DNA of 40,865 nucleotides. Origin: a virus (Duplodnaviria > Caudoviricetes). A model generated the notes under the pieces. That model made no database searches and was not told the DNA's origin. It worked only from the letters and a program-made list of their open reading frames with translations. Shown here one piece after another: positions 15,738-22,794 of the stretch; the first letter of the stretch is position 1; each line of letters starts with the position of its first letter. The position numbers and the translations under genes are program-made. The DNA lies in the IMG/VR virus record IMGVR_UViG_3300038406_000085, positions 1 to 40,865 of that record; one strand, given 5' to 3'.

Positions 15738-16237
15738 CGGGCACCGCCCTGCTCGCCGGGTCGGGGGAAGTTCAGCCACGCGAACTCACCCTGCAGGTCA
15801 CGGGCGGCCGCGTCGTAGGCGACGGCAGCCTCTTCGGCCCTGGCGAAGAGGCCGAGATAGCTAGAAGCCCCGCCCACCGTGATCTTCGCCTGCCAGGACC
15901 GGCAGGCCTTGTTCCAGGTGACGCCCTTGAAGCCGGACGTGTTGGCCCGGTTCGGGCCGCGGTTCCAGCCGTTCTGCCTCTTCGTCGCCTCACGCAGGTT
16001 GGCGCGTCGGTTGTCGAGACCATTGCCGTTGATGTGGTCCACCAGCGGCCAGCCGGTCAGGAACGTGTGGAGGTGCTGGTTCACGCGTGGCCCATCGACG
16101 AGCCTGACCTTCCGCTTGGCGTAGAAGGTCTTCCCGCACCGATATGCGTGCCAAGACGTGGCGGCCACGACTCGGGCGTAGTCCTCGTCGTCGACCAGGG
16201 CCGCGAGCCCCTGGGTCAGTGGGATGTCGGTGCTCAT
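15734..16237 (-). CDS. HNH-AP2 homing endonuclease
   Basis: IPLTQG..ALVDDEDY; VDHINGNGLDNRRANLR; SGFKGV.W...W.A.I...YLG.F...EEAA.AYD.AA...GEFA.LNF. Confidence 0.92.
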   Translation of the reverse strand: MSTDIPLTQGLAALVDDEDYARVVAATSWHAYRCGKTFYAKRKVRLVDGPRVNQHLHTFLTGWPLVDHINGNGLDNRRANLREATKRQNGWNRGPNRANTSGFKGVTWNKACRSWQAKITVGGASSYLGLFARAEEAAVAYDAAARDLQGEFAWLNFPRPGEQGGAR

Positions 16238-16611
16238 GCTGTGGCTCCAAAGAGGTCGTGCGCAGCGGATGATGTGGCGTCGGTCCAGATCCCAGCGGCC
16301 TCAGCCATGGCGACGGCGAGGTGCGGGGCCCGGGACAGCGAGGCCGAGAGGGCGTAGCGGACGGCGGCCATGTCCATCTCGCGGCGGGCCCGACCCACAG
16401 CGAGCCCGTGACGCGCGGCGGTCCAGAACCGGCCAGCGTCAAGGGCGAGGGCGGGTCGGATCTCGGGCGCGTCCGTGATGACGATCGGGCGGGGCGTCAG
16501 GGGCTCCACCCAGGTCAGGCCTGCCGGGTGCGCGCGGTCCGGGTCGGGGATCGTCGTCGGGTCGGCGGCGACCGGGGGCAGGTCGAGCGAGCGTGGGGCG
16601 TCGGTGGCCAT
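16234..16611 (-). CDS. hypothetical protein
   Basis: MATDAPRSLDLPP...; TGATG overlap, GAGGAG SD. Confidence 0.6.
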   Translation of the reverse strand: MATDAPRSLDLPPVAADPTTIPDPDRAHPAGLTWVEPLTPRPIVITDAPEIRPALALDAGRFWTAARHGLAVGRARREMDMAAVRYALSASLSRAPHLAVAMAEAAGIWTDATSSAAHDLFGATA

Positions 16612-16769
16612 CAGGTGCTCCTCATGTAGTCGGCCGCGAGGGTCGGGTTGCCCCATGCGCGGTGCTCGCAGTCGCCGTCGGTGCAGGGGCCGGAGTCGTC
16701 CTTGGCGGGCTCGATGCGGCCGGGGGTGGGCAGGGCGGCGGCGAGGTGGTCCTGCGGGTCGGTGGTCAT
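16611..16769 (-). CDS. small hypothetical protein
   Basis: MTTDPQDHLAAA...CTDGDCEH; ATGA overlap at 16766-16769. Confidence 0.55.
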   Translation of the reverse strand: MTTDPQDHLAAALPTPGRIEPAKDDSGPCTDGDCEHRAWGNPTLAADYMRST

Positions 16770-17278
16770 GAGCTCGCCCCGTTCGCGATCTCCAGCAGGA
16801 CATCGGCGTGGCACGGCTGCGTGTCGGTGTTGCGTGGCATAATTGCTCCATGACGACATGCAGCGTTTGCCACAGGTCCCTGCCCGACTCGGAGTTCTCG
16901 ACCTGGGGCATCCAGCGACGCGAGTGCCGTGCGTGCACGAGCAGCCGCAACCGCGAGTACGGCCAGGCGAACAAGGCTCGCCGGAATGAGCGCCTGCGAG
17001 AGTGGCGCAGGAAGAACCCTGAGGCTGCTCGGGCGAAGGACATTCGCGCCCGGCTCAAGCGCAAGTACGGGCTCACGCCCGACGACGTCGAGGTGATGCG
17101 CGAGGCGCAGGACGGCAGGTGCCTGATATGTGGCGTCGAGGGCACGCTGTTCGTGGACCACTGCCACACGACTGGCCGCGTCCGAGGCCTGCTCTGCCCG
17201 AGCTGCAACACGTTCCTCGGCCGAGTTGAGGCGAACCGGGGCATCCTGTCCCGGATGGCTGACTATGCGGACGGTCAC
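16766..17278 (-). CDS. antisense 'bridge' ORF spanning the endonuclease VII gene and ending in the displaced DUF4326 C-terminus
   Basis: GTG overlapping the DUF4326 stop, GGGGAGGA SD, open for 170 codons, ends QPCHADVLLEIANGASS with ATGA coupling to next gene. Confidence 0.4.
   Translation of the reverse strand: MTVRIVSHPGQDAPVRLNSAEERVAARAEQASDAASRVAVVHEQRALDATYQAPAVLRLAHHLDVVGREPVLALEPGANVLRPSSLRVLPAPLSQALIPASLVRLAVLAVAAARARTALASLDAPGRELRVGQGPVANAACRHGAIMPRNTDTQPCHADVLLEIANGASS
16835..16843 (+). promoter_or_regulatory. extended -10 promoter for leaderless endonuclease VII mRNA
   Basis: TGgCATAAT 6 nt before ATG 16850; no SD. Confidence 0.6.
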
Positions 17279-17323
17279 CTGACTTCCTCCCCGTTGGCGA
17301 TCTCCAAGAGCACGTCCGCGTGA
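16850..17323 (+). CDS. endonuclease VII-family (HNH-fold) nuclease, opposite to its operon
   Basis: N-terminal CSVC...CRAC Zn finger; LKRKYGLT...Q.GRCLIC...VDHCHTTGRVRGLLCPSCN..LG. Confidence 0.92.
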   Translation: MTTCSVCHRSLPDSEFSTWGIQRRECRACTSSRNREYGQANKARRNERLREWRRKNPEAARAKDIRARLKRKYGLTPDDVEVMREAQDGRCLICGVEGTLFVDHCHTTGRVRGLLCPSCNTFLGRVEANRGILSRMADYADGHLTSSPLAISKSTSA

Positions 17324-17673
17324 CAGGGCACCGGGTTGCCGGCCGAGTCAACGAGCGGGCACCAGCAGGCGAGGTCGAGGCCGCGCAGCAGGGCGACCTT
17401 CTCCGGTTCCAGGGCGAGCCAGGCCCAATGGCGGTACCACGCGACCGCGGTCTCGGCGTCGTGGCACCGCGCAGCGACGAGCCCTGGCGTGCCGGTCTCG
17501 CCCTCCCATGTGCGCGACGTCGGCAGCGGGAACGGCAGTCGCTCACCGACGATGTAGACGTCACCGACGCGGTACGGGTTGCCGTAGTAGTGCGGACGGG
17601 CCACGGATCGAGCGTTGGTCGCCAGGCGCCAGCCCTTCGTGCGCCGGAGCTGGATCCTCTGCGGCGCGCTCAC
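17275..17673 (-). CDS. DUF4326 domain protein
   Basis: PQRIQLRRTKGWR...VARP..YGNPY...LRGLDLACWCP...CHADVLLEIAN. Confidence 0.88.
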   Translation of the reverse strand: MSAPQRIQLRRTKGWRLATNARSVARPHYYGNPYRVGDVYIVGERLPFPLPTSRTWEGETGTPGLVAARCHDAETAVAWYRHWAWLALEPEKVALLRGLDLACWCPLVDSAGNPVPCHADVLLEIANGEEVR

Positions 17674-17792
17674 GAAGCACCTCCCAGCAGCCGGACCCAA
17701 CCGGCCCAGCACAGGGCGCCGAGCACGATGACGGCGGCGCTGCCGAGGGCCATGACGAGGTGATCGCTCGTGTGGGCGTGATGGCGGGTCAC
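17670..17792 (-). CDS. small membrane protein (40 aa, not in ORF track)
   Basis: MTRHHAHTSDHLVMALGSAAVIVLGALCWAGWVRLLGGAS; GTGA overlaps at both ends. Confidence 0.6.
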   Translation of the reverse strand: MTRHHAHTSDHLVMALGSAAVIVLGALCWAGWVRLLGGAS

Positions 17793-17944
17793 GAGTCGGT
17801 CCGCCCGTCGCGTCGTGCAAGTGCGCGCTGCACCCGGCGGTCGATCTCCCGCTGCTCCTGGTTGCCGAGCTCGTGGTTCATCTCGAACTCGATGGCCTCG
17901 TCGTCCGGGTGGATGTTGATGACGTGGTTGTCCTGGTGGCTCAT
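17789..17944 (-). CDS. small hypothetical protein
   Basis: MSHQDNHVINIHPDD...; coupled overlaps. Confidence 0.6.
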   Translation of the reverse strand: MSHQDNHVINIHPDDEAIEFEMNHELGNQEQREIDRRVQRALARRDGRTDS

Positions 17945-18228
17945 GAGTCGGCTCGCTTCGTGGGCACCTCGTGGCGGCAGGGCTTCACGTCGGGGTACTT
18001 CGTGCTGCCCATGGGGTCGTCCACGGCGCGCTCGTCGGGGAAGCGCCACTCCCGCATGACCGGGACGTCGCGCTCGCCCTTCATCCCCCACTCGGTGTAG
18101 ATCTCGGGCGCGCCGTACGCGCCTCCGAGGTCGGTCTTCGCGGCGTACGGGGTCGTGTGGTCGCTGTGGCGGATGACGTCGGCCACCTCGCAGGCGATCT
18201 CGACCCACGGCACGGTCTCGGCGGTCAT
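17941..18228 (-). CDS. hypothetical protein
   Basis: MTAETVPWVEIACE...IYTEWG; ATGA overlaps. Confidence 0.65.
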   Translation of the reverse strand: MTAETVPWVEIACEVADVIRHSDHTTPYAAKTDLGGAYGAPEIYTEWGMKGERDVPVMREWRFPDERAVDDPMGSTKYPDVKPCRHEVPTKRADS

Positions 18229-18551
18229 CGGACACCGCCCGCACACTCGGCCTTCTCGTCGCGGTAGACGTGCCCGAGGTCGTCCAGCTCGCCCCGTGCG
18301 CTGGCCTTGTCAGCCTCGTGCCCGGCGAACTCCGAGCGGCCACGGGTCGCGGCCAGCTGCGTCGAGAACGCGAGGTTCTCGTAGGCGACGAACGCCCGCT
18401 CGGCGGCCGTGAACGCCTTCGCGCACGACTGCGGGGTCTCGGCCGGCTTGAGGTGCCAGCCGAGGAGGCTAGCGGCGGCGAGGGCGACAGTGAACGCCGC
18501 GGTCTGGATGAGGAGAGCCGGACTCGGCTTCCTGGTGATCTTGCGGAGCAT
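18225..18551 (-). CDS. membrane-anchored hypothetical protein
   Basis: N-terminal TM helix, extracellular Cys pair; GAAGGGA SD. Confidence 0.65.
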   Translation of the reverse strand: MLRKITRKPSPALLIQTAAFTVALAAASLLGWHLKPAETPQSCAKAFTAAERAFVAYENLAFSTQLAATRGRSEFAGHEADKASARGELDDLGHVYRDEKAECAGGVR

Positions 18552-18570
18552 GGGATGATCCCTTCGTGGT

Positions 18571-18607
18571 GCCGATCCGTCCGGGTCGCAAACTGGGGCG
18601 GGTCGGC
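18571..18607 (+). other. hairpin downstream of xis, folds best on + strand
   Basis: 12-bp stem with 2 G-U pairs on +, 13-nt loop. Confidence 0.55.
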
Positions 18608-18631
18608 GCTGCTTTGCCAGGGCCGGATGGC

Positions 18632-18892
18632 TCAGGCGGACTTGCGGCGGTTCCTCGAACGGGACGACTGCGACCGCAGGGGGTCCGCCGCCTGCTCGGC
18701 CCCGGGCTCGCCGTCGGGCCGGACGGTGAAGGATCGGATGAACGTTTCCGCCTGGTCGGTCGTGAACCGCATCGAGCGACCCACACGCAGGTGCTCGAAC
18801 TCCCCCGCGTTCACTCGGCGCTCCACCCAGTCCGCGGACTTCTCCACGAGGGCGGCGACGTCGGCCGGCGAGAGTGTCGTGTCGAGACTCAT
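18632..18892 (-). CDS. xis: excisionase / HTH_17 DNA-binding protein
   Basis: LSPADVAALV..S..WV.R.V..GEF..LRVGR.MRFT. Confidence 0.78.
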   Translation of the reverse strand: MSLDTTLSPADVAALVEKSADWVERRVNAGEFEHLRVGRSMRFTTDQAETFIRSFTVRPDGEPGAEQAADPLRSQSSRSRNRRKSA

Positions 18893-19278
18893 TCGGGTGC
18901 ACCGCCGAACGAGATGCCCTCCAGGTCGAGGAGGTCGGAGAGCCCTTGCATGACGGCCGGCGCCCATTCGACGCCGACGGCGTGCATGCGCTCCTTGGCG
19001 GCCTTGTCGGAGCCGATCGTCCAGAGGACGAGGTCCCAGACTGGAGACGGCTTCTCCATGTGCATGTACGGGACGGCGCCGCGGGGGGACTCCCACCCCA
19101 TGACGCTGCACGTCGCGGCGAGCTTGAAGACCTCGAACCCCACGGCGGCCAGGAACGTGTCCAACTCCTCACGGGACTTGAAGGTGGACTGGAAGGTGGG
19201 GTTCACGCGAACTCCTGGGGGTTGCTGCGGCGGCGGGCCCTCGGCGCACTCGCCGCGGGGGAAGTCGACGGAGGTCAC
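18889..19278 (-). CDS. hypothetical protein
   Basis: 3' part of ORF 18889..20436; start at GTG 19278 (coupled) or GTG 19206 (AGGAG SD). Confidence 0.6.
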   Translation of the reverse strand: MTSVDFPRGECAEGPPPQQPPGVRVNPTFQSTFKSREELDTFLAAVGFEVFKLAATCSVMGWESPRGAVPYMHMEKPSPVWDLVLWTIGSDKAAKERMHAVGVEWAPAVMQGLSDLLDLEGISFGGAPE

Positions 19279-19742
19279 GCGACACCTGCCCGGCCGTGCA
19301 CCAGGACGTCGGGGAACGCGGGCGCCTGGACCTCGGCCAGCGCCTCGGCCTCCGTGCCGTCGTCGTCCTGCTCGGGTGCGTCGATCTCGTCCCACCCGGC
19401 GTCGCGCAGGTCCTCCAGGTCCGGGTCCGTGCTCATGCGCTTCATGACGAGGCCGTTGATCGTGAGGTAGACGGGCTCGGAGGCGGGGATCAGCACGATG
19501 ATTTCCCCGTCGTGCGGGATCGTGCGGTCCGCGGAAAGGAACACCTGCGCCAGCGGCTGCGGCTCTCCGTCGTCGTACGTCTTGGGAGTGTCGAGCCGGA
19601 TGAACGCGCAGGCGAATGCCTCGTGCTTGCCCGGCTTGGCTGCGCAGTCGAGGATCGTCTGGATCGTTCCCGGTGCGGGCTCGCCGTCGTACAGCCCGGC
19701 GGCGACTACACGGTCGCCGACCTGGAACGGGCGGGCGCTCAT
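19275..19742 (-). CDS. hypothetical protein (SH3/KOW-like N-terminus, acidic tail)
   Basis: MSARPFQVGDRVVA...; ATGA overlap. Confidence 0.65.
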   Translation of the reverse strand: MSARPFQVGDRVVAAGLYDGEPAPGTIQTILDCAAKPGKHEAFACAFIRLDTPKTYDDGEPQPLAQVFLSADRTIPHDGEIIVLIPASEPVYLTINGLVMKRMSTDPDLEDLRDAGWDEIDAPEQDDDGTEAEALAEVQAPAFPDVLVHGRAGVA

Positions 19743-19849
19743 CGGTCCGACTCCTTGGCCTCGACACCGAGGAGGTCCTGGACCTCGGCGACCGCCTTGG
19801 GGTCGCTGTCGTCGGCGAGGATGCTGACGATCTTGTCCATGAGTGACAT
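19739..19849 (-). CDS. 36-aa acidic protein (not in ORF track)
   Basis: MSLMDKIVSILADDSDPKAVAEVQDLLGVEAKESDR; AGGAG SD; ATGA overlap with next gene. Confidence 0.65.
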   Translation of the reverse strand: MSLMDKIVSILADDSDPKAVAEVQDLLGVEAKESDR

Positions 19850-19871
19850 CGGTAGACTCCTGTTCGTTGGT

Positions 19872-19910
19872 AGCCCCGGCGCCTGTCTCTGGCGGGATGG
19901 TGTCGGGGCT
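19872..19910 (+). other. hairpin downstream of cro, folds best on + strand
   Basis: 12-bp stem with 2 G-U pairs on +, 15-nt loop. Confidence 0.55.
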
Positions 19911-19927
19911 GCTGTGTGTGTCTGAGG

Positions 19928-20167
19928 TCAGGCGGCTGCGGTGCTGCGCGATCGCTGCTCTGCCTCGATGAGGAGGAGAGACGGATCGACGCCCAGCACG
20001 GCGGAAATGCGCTCGAACTCTCCGAACGTGAGGCCGGTCGAGTTCTGCAGACGGTTGTGAAGGGTGGTCTTCGGAATCCCGGTGCGAGCCGCCATCGCGC
20101 CGAGCGACACATCGTCCTCGTCCATGTGCTCGGAGATGACACCCGCAAGGGTGCTGCTGATACCCAT
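19928..20167 (-). CDS. cro: Cro-like HTH protein
   Basis: SLGAMAARTGIPKTTLHNRL HTH; first gene of the lytic early operon, divergent from repressor. Confidence 0.78.
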   Translation of the reverse strand: MGISSTLAGVISEHMDEDDVSLGAMAARTGIPKTTLHNRLQNSTGLTFGEFERISAVLGVDPSLLLIEAEQRSRSTAAA

Positions 20168-20311
20168 ATGGGGACGGTACCTGTTCCGAACGGAACACCG
20201 CAACCCGTGTGTGGGTGAACTACCCCCATGCGGGTACGGCGGTAGGCCTGCTCGAAACTGTGTGGGCCTGACTGGGTGCGAAATGCACCCAGTTGGGGTA
20301 ACGTCCAGGCC
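20161..20311. promoter_or_regulatory. genetic switch: divergent leaderless promoters and operators
   Basis: minus TTGCGG-N18-TACCGT-N6-ATG(cro); plus GTGCGA-N17-TAACGT-N7-GTG(repressor); palindrome TGTTCCG-aa-CGGAACA 20182-20197; ACCCA-NN-TGGGG at 20162 and 20287; TACCC-N6-GGGTA at 20221. Confidence 0.7.
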
Positions 20312-20599
20312 GTGAGCACATCAACCAGACCGGAACCCAGCGCGCTCCTGCGCGCGCTGGGCAGGCAGATAGCCGCGGAACGCAACGGCGCCGGGCTGTC
20401 CATCGAGGCGCTGGCCGAGAGGGCCGGCGTCCACAAGAACTCGATCGGGCGCTACGAGCGGGCCGAGCGAGACATTCCGATGGAGACGCTCGGCCAGATC
20501 GCCGAGGCGCTCGGGCTACGGCCCTCCCAGCTCATGACCCGCGCAGAAGAGCGCGCCGGGGCTGACGCAGCGCGATCAGGTGGGGTGACGCCCGATTGA
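20312..20599 (+). CDS. immunity repressor (XRE HTH)
   Basis: GLSIEALAERAGVHKNSIGRYERAERDI; divergent from cro and next to integrase. Confidence 0.82.
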   Translation: MSTSTRPEPSALLRALGRQIAAERNGAGLSIEALAERAGVHKNSIGRYERAERDIPMETLGQIAEALGLRPSQLMTRAEERAGADAARSGGVTPD

Positions 20600-20740
20600 C
20601 ATTCGTCTCTCATTTGTCGAAACCGTTCCGCATCGTGAAATAGCGGGGGGTATCAACCGCAATATCGCTCATCTCACCCAGCCGGAATTGCTCGTTATGC
20701 CTACGGTGGGTGCAAATGTATCTAGGCCTAGGGGGCTCCA

Positions 20741-20929
20741 GTGGACGCCACAGCCGACGTCGCACGAACCGACTTACCCACATGCCCGGCGTACGACCTG
20801 ATCAGCAGCCTGCTCGCGGAGTGTCCGTCAGCGATGCTCTGGGACGAGCTGCGGCGACACCTCCCGCTCGACGCCACGGCGCGCATGTTCGACCTGGCCG
20901 CAGCCGCATCACGACACGACCGGGCATGA
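20741..20929 (+). CDS. small hypothetical protein downstream of repressor
   Basis: 62-aa ORF, AGGGGG upstream, ends at the terminator. Confidence 0.5.
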   Translation: MDATADVARTDLPTCPAYDLISSLLAECPSAMLWDELRRHLPLDATARMFDLAAAASRHDRA

Positions 20930-20932
20930 CGG

Positions 20933-20966
20933 AAAGGCCCCCCGCCTGATGGCGGGGGCCTTCGTC
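20933..20966. terminator. bidirectional terminator
   Basis: AAGGCCCCCCGCC-tgat-GGCGGGGGCCTT between convergent genes. Confidence 0.75.
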
Positions 20967-20973
20967 TGTGCGG

Positions 20974-22209
20974 TCAGGACTCGATCTCGCGGACCTCCTC
21001 CGGGTGCGCCTGTGCCAGCGCCCTGGAGATCGCCGCACGGACCGCCGTCTGCGCGGCGGGCATCACGTGGCCGTACCTGTCCACCGTCGTCGTGATGGAC
21101 TCGTGCCCCAGGTGCGCCTGTACATAGTTGATCGGCACACCATCGCCCAGCAGCCAGGACGCGTTCGTGTGCCGGGCGTCGTGGATGCGGGGGCGCTTGC
21201 CCAGCGGCGGGTCGAGCGGCGTGATGAGTTCCCCCGCCGAGTCGCGCCGTCGGGCCACGCGCTTGCCGCCGTCGCGCTGCGCCGGCTCCGCGTTGGCCAG
21301 GCGCACCGCGGGCTGCCACGCGTTGTCGGTAAACGTCTGGTGCCGCACTGGTCCGCCGAGCTGGTTGCGGAACACGTAGGCGTCACCGCGGCGGCCCCTG
21401 ATGAGCGGCGCCAGGAGATCTACCGTCTCTGGCGACAGCGCGACGGTGCGCCGGCTCTTGGACGACTTCGGCACGCCGAGGACGCGCCCGCGCTTCCAGG
21501 CGCGCGCGACGGTCACGGCCGCCCGCTCGAGGTCCACCTCACCGATCTGGAGCGCCGTCGCCTCGCCCCAGCGCAGGCCGGTCGAGAACAAGAACTCCAC
21601 CAGCGGCTGCCAGTACGGGGTGAAGCAGCCGAGGAACCGCGTGTACTCGTCGTGGGTGAGGAACGTCATCGGCTCGGTCACGGTGCGCGGCATGCGGGTG
21701 CCCTTACAGGGGTTGGACGGCACGAGACCCTGCGTCTCGGCGCGGGCGAACGCGGCGGAGAGGAAGCCGTGCTTGTTCTTGATCGTCTTGCCCGCCGTCG
21801 GCTTGCCGCGCCACGTCTTCTTCGCCATGGCGTTCACCCAGCGCGCTACGTCTTCATGGGTGACGGCGTCGACCGGGAGCGCACCGAGCGCGCCGAGGTC
21901 GTTGCGGACGTAGGCCTTGTACTTCTCGATCGTGTCCGGCTGCGTGCCCGACAGGGCCTCGATGTGCCTGGTGCACCACTGGGCGACCGTGGGTGTCCCC
22001 TCGACGGCGCCCGTGCGCGCGTCGAGGATCTCGACGGCGCGCTTGCCGCCGACGTCGCGGACGAGCTTGTCGAAGGCGATGGCCCCGCGGTCCGACCCGA
22101 AGGTGCGGGAGGAGTTCTTCGACCCTCGGCCAGCTTCCCGGAATCGCACCTTCCACGTCTCGGTGCCGTCTTTGGCCACGTGCCTGGTCATGGTCGCCAT
22201 GTCGCTCAT
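20974..22209 (-). CDS. int: tyrosine integrase
   Basis: TGLRWGE (R), PKS (K), HDARHT (HxxR), LGH..I..T...Y; start among ATGs 22200/22209/22212. Confidence 0.95.
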   Translation of the reverse strand: MSDMATMTRHVAKDGTETWKVRFREAGRGSKNSSRTFGSDRGAIAFDKLVRDVGGKRAVEILDARTGAVEGTPTVAQWCTRHIEALSGTQPDTIEKYKAYVRNDLGALGALPVDAVTHEDVARWVNAMAKKTWRGKPTAGKTIKNKHGFLSAAFARAETQGLVPSNPCKGTRMPRTVTEPMTFLTHDEYTRFLGCFTPYWQPLVEFLFSTGLRWGEATALQIGEVDLERAAVTVARAWKRGRVLGVPKSSKSRRTVALSPETVDLLAPLIRGRRGDAYVFRNQLGGPVRHQTFTDNAWQPAVRLANAEPAQRDGGKRVARRRDSAGELITPLDPPLGKRPRIHDARHTNASWLLGDGVPINYVQAHLGHESITTTVDRYGHVMPAAQTAVRAAISRALAQAHPEEVREIES

Positions 22210-22222
22210 CATGCCGCCTCCC

Positions 22223-22466
22223 GTGTGTACGCGTACACACATCTCACCGGGATTCACCGGGCTCATGCCCGGATCGCCGGGACTCACCGGGCTCAAAATG
22301 GCTAGATTTAGCCGATCCGCAGGTCACAGTCTACTGGTAGAGAGGGTTCAAGTCCCCCTCCGGACACCATGTTTGACCAGGCGTTACACCGCTCCTGATC
22401 CACCGGGTACACACGCCGAGTACACACGGCTCACCGTCGAAAGCCGGGGATTCACCGGGATTCACC
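22223..22466. repeat. attP arm-type and accessory-protein repeats
   Basis: GTACACAC at 22233, 22407, 22420 and inverted at 22223; TCACCGGG(A/C)T-like units at 22244, 22254, 22274, 22284, 22452, 22462. Confidence 0.75.
22344..22369 (+). mobile_element. attP: attP core = 3' end of a tRNA (probably tRNA-Leu)
   Basis: GGGTTCAAGTCCCCCTCCGGACACCA (T-loop, acceptor strand, CCA) without a 5' half; flanked by arm repeats upstream of int. Confidence 0.85.
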
Positions 22467-22503
22467 ATCGAACTCATCCCCGACCTGTGGAAGGATCCTC
22501 CCC

Positions 22504-22794
22504 ATGGCCACGCAGATGCCCCCCGAGGGCACCCCCGCGACGTGCGTCTTCTGCCGCGAGCAGGTCAGGCTCCGTCAGAGCGACGACACGGGCGCGCGGT
22601 ACTGGCTCCTGCCCGGTGAGGAGGCCGACGGCGCCGCGAGATGCCTCGGCGGCATGATCCCGCGCCGTGGCGTCCCCCGCACGCTGCATGTCCCCTGGCA
22701 GGCCGAGCCGAGCTCGGCGAACGAGCACGGCGAGCTGTGGCCCGCGTGGTTCGACGCCGAGGGCCGCCCACAGACCCCCCGGAGGACCGCATGA
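22504..22794 (+). CDS. hypothetical protein (CxxC)
   Basis: 96 aa, GGAAGGA upstream. Confidence 0.65.
   Translation: MATQMPPEGTPATCVFCREQVRLRQSDDTGARYWLLPGEEADGAARCLGGMIPRRGVPRTLHVPWQAEPSSANEHGELWPAWFDAEGRPQTPRRTA

Larger units (their letters stand above)
16777..17328. repeat. imperfect 40-bp direct repeat (16777-16816 and 17289-17328) flanking endonuclease VII
   Basis: 32/40 identical; both copies encode PCHADVLLEIANG on the minus strand. Confidence 0.85.

Noticed and set aside
15737-16769. Four consecutive genes starting M-(T/A/S)-T-(D/T)
   Set aside because: Consistent with the general N-terminal codon bias of actinophage genes; the match is too short to call a boundary repeat.
16777-17328. 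Diversity-generating retroelement TR/VR pair, or intron/intein
   Set aside because: No reverse transcriptase is present, the differences are synonymous and not adenine-specific, and there are no splice or intein motifs.
18889-20436. 515-aa minus-strand ORF across the switch region
   Set aside because: Its 5' three-quarters overlap the repressor, cro and two other better-supported genes; only the 3' part looks coding.
22342-22369. Possible tRNA gene
   Set aside because: Only the T-arm and 3' acceptor strand are present; it is better explained as the attP core.
22244-22466. Short repeats as a mini-CRISPR array
   Set aside because: Units are 8-10 bp with no unique 30-40 bp spacers. The Cas4-like gene is a stand-alone phage exonuclease with no other cas genes.
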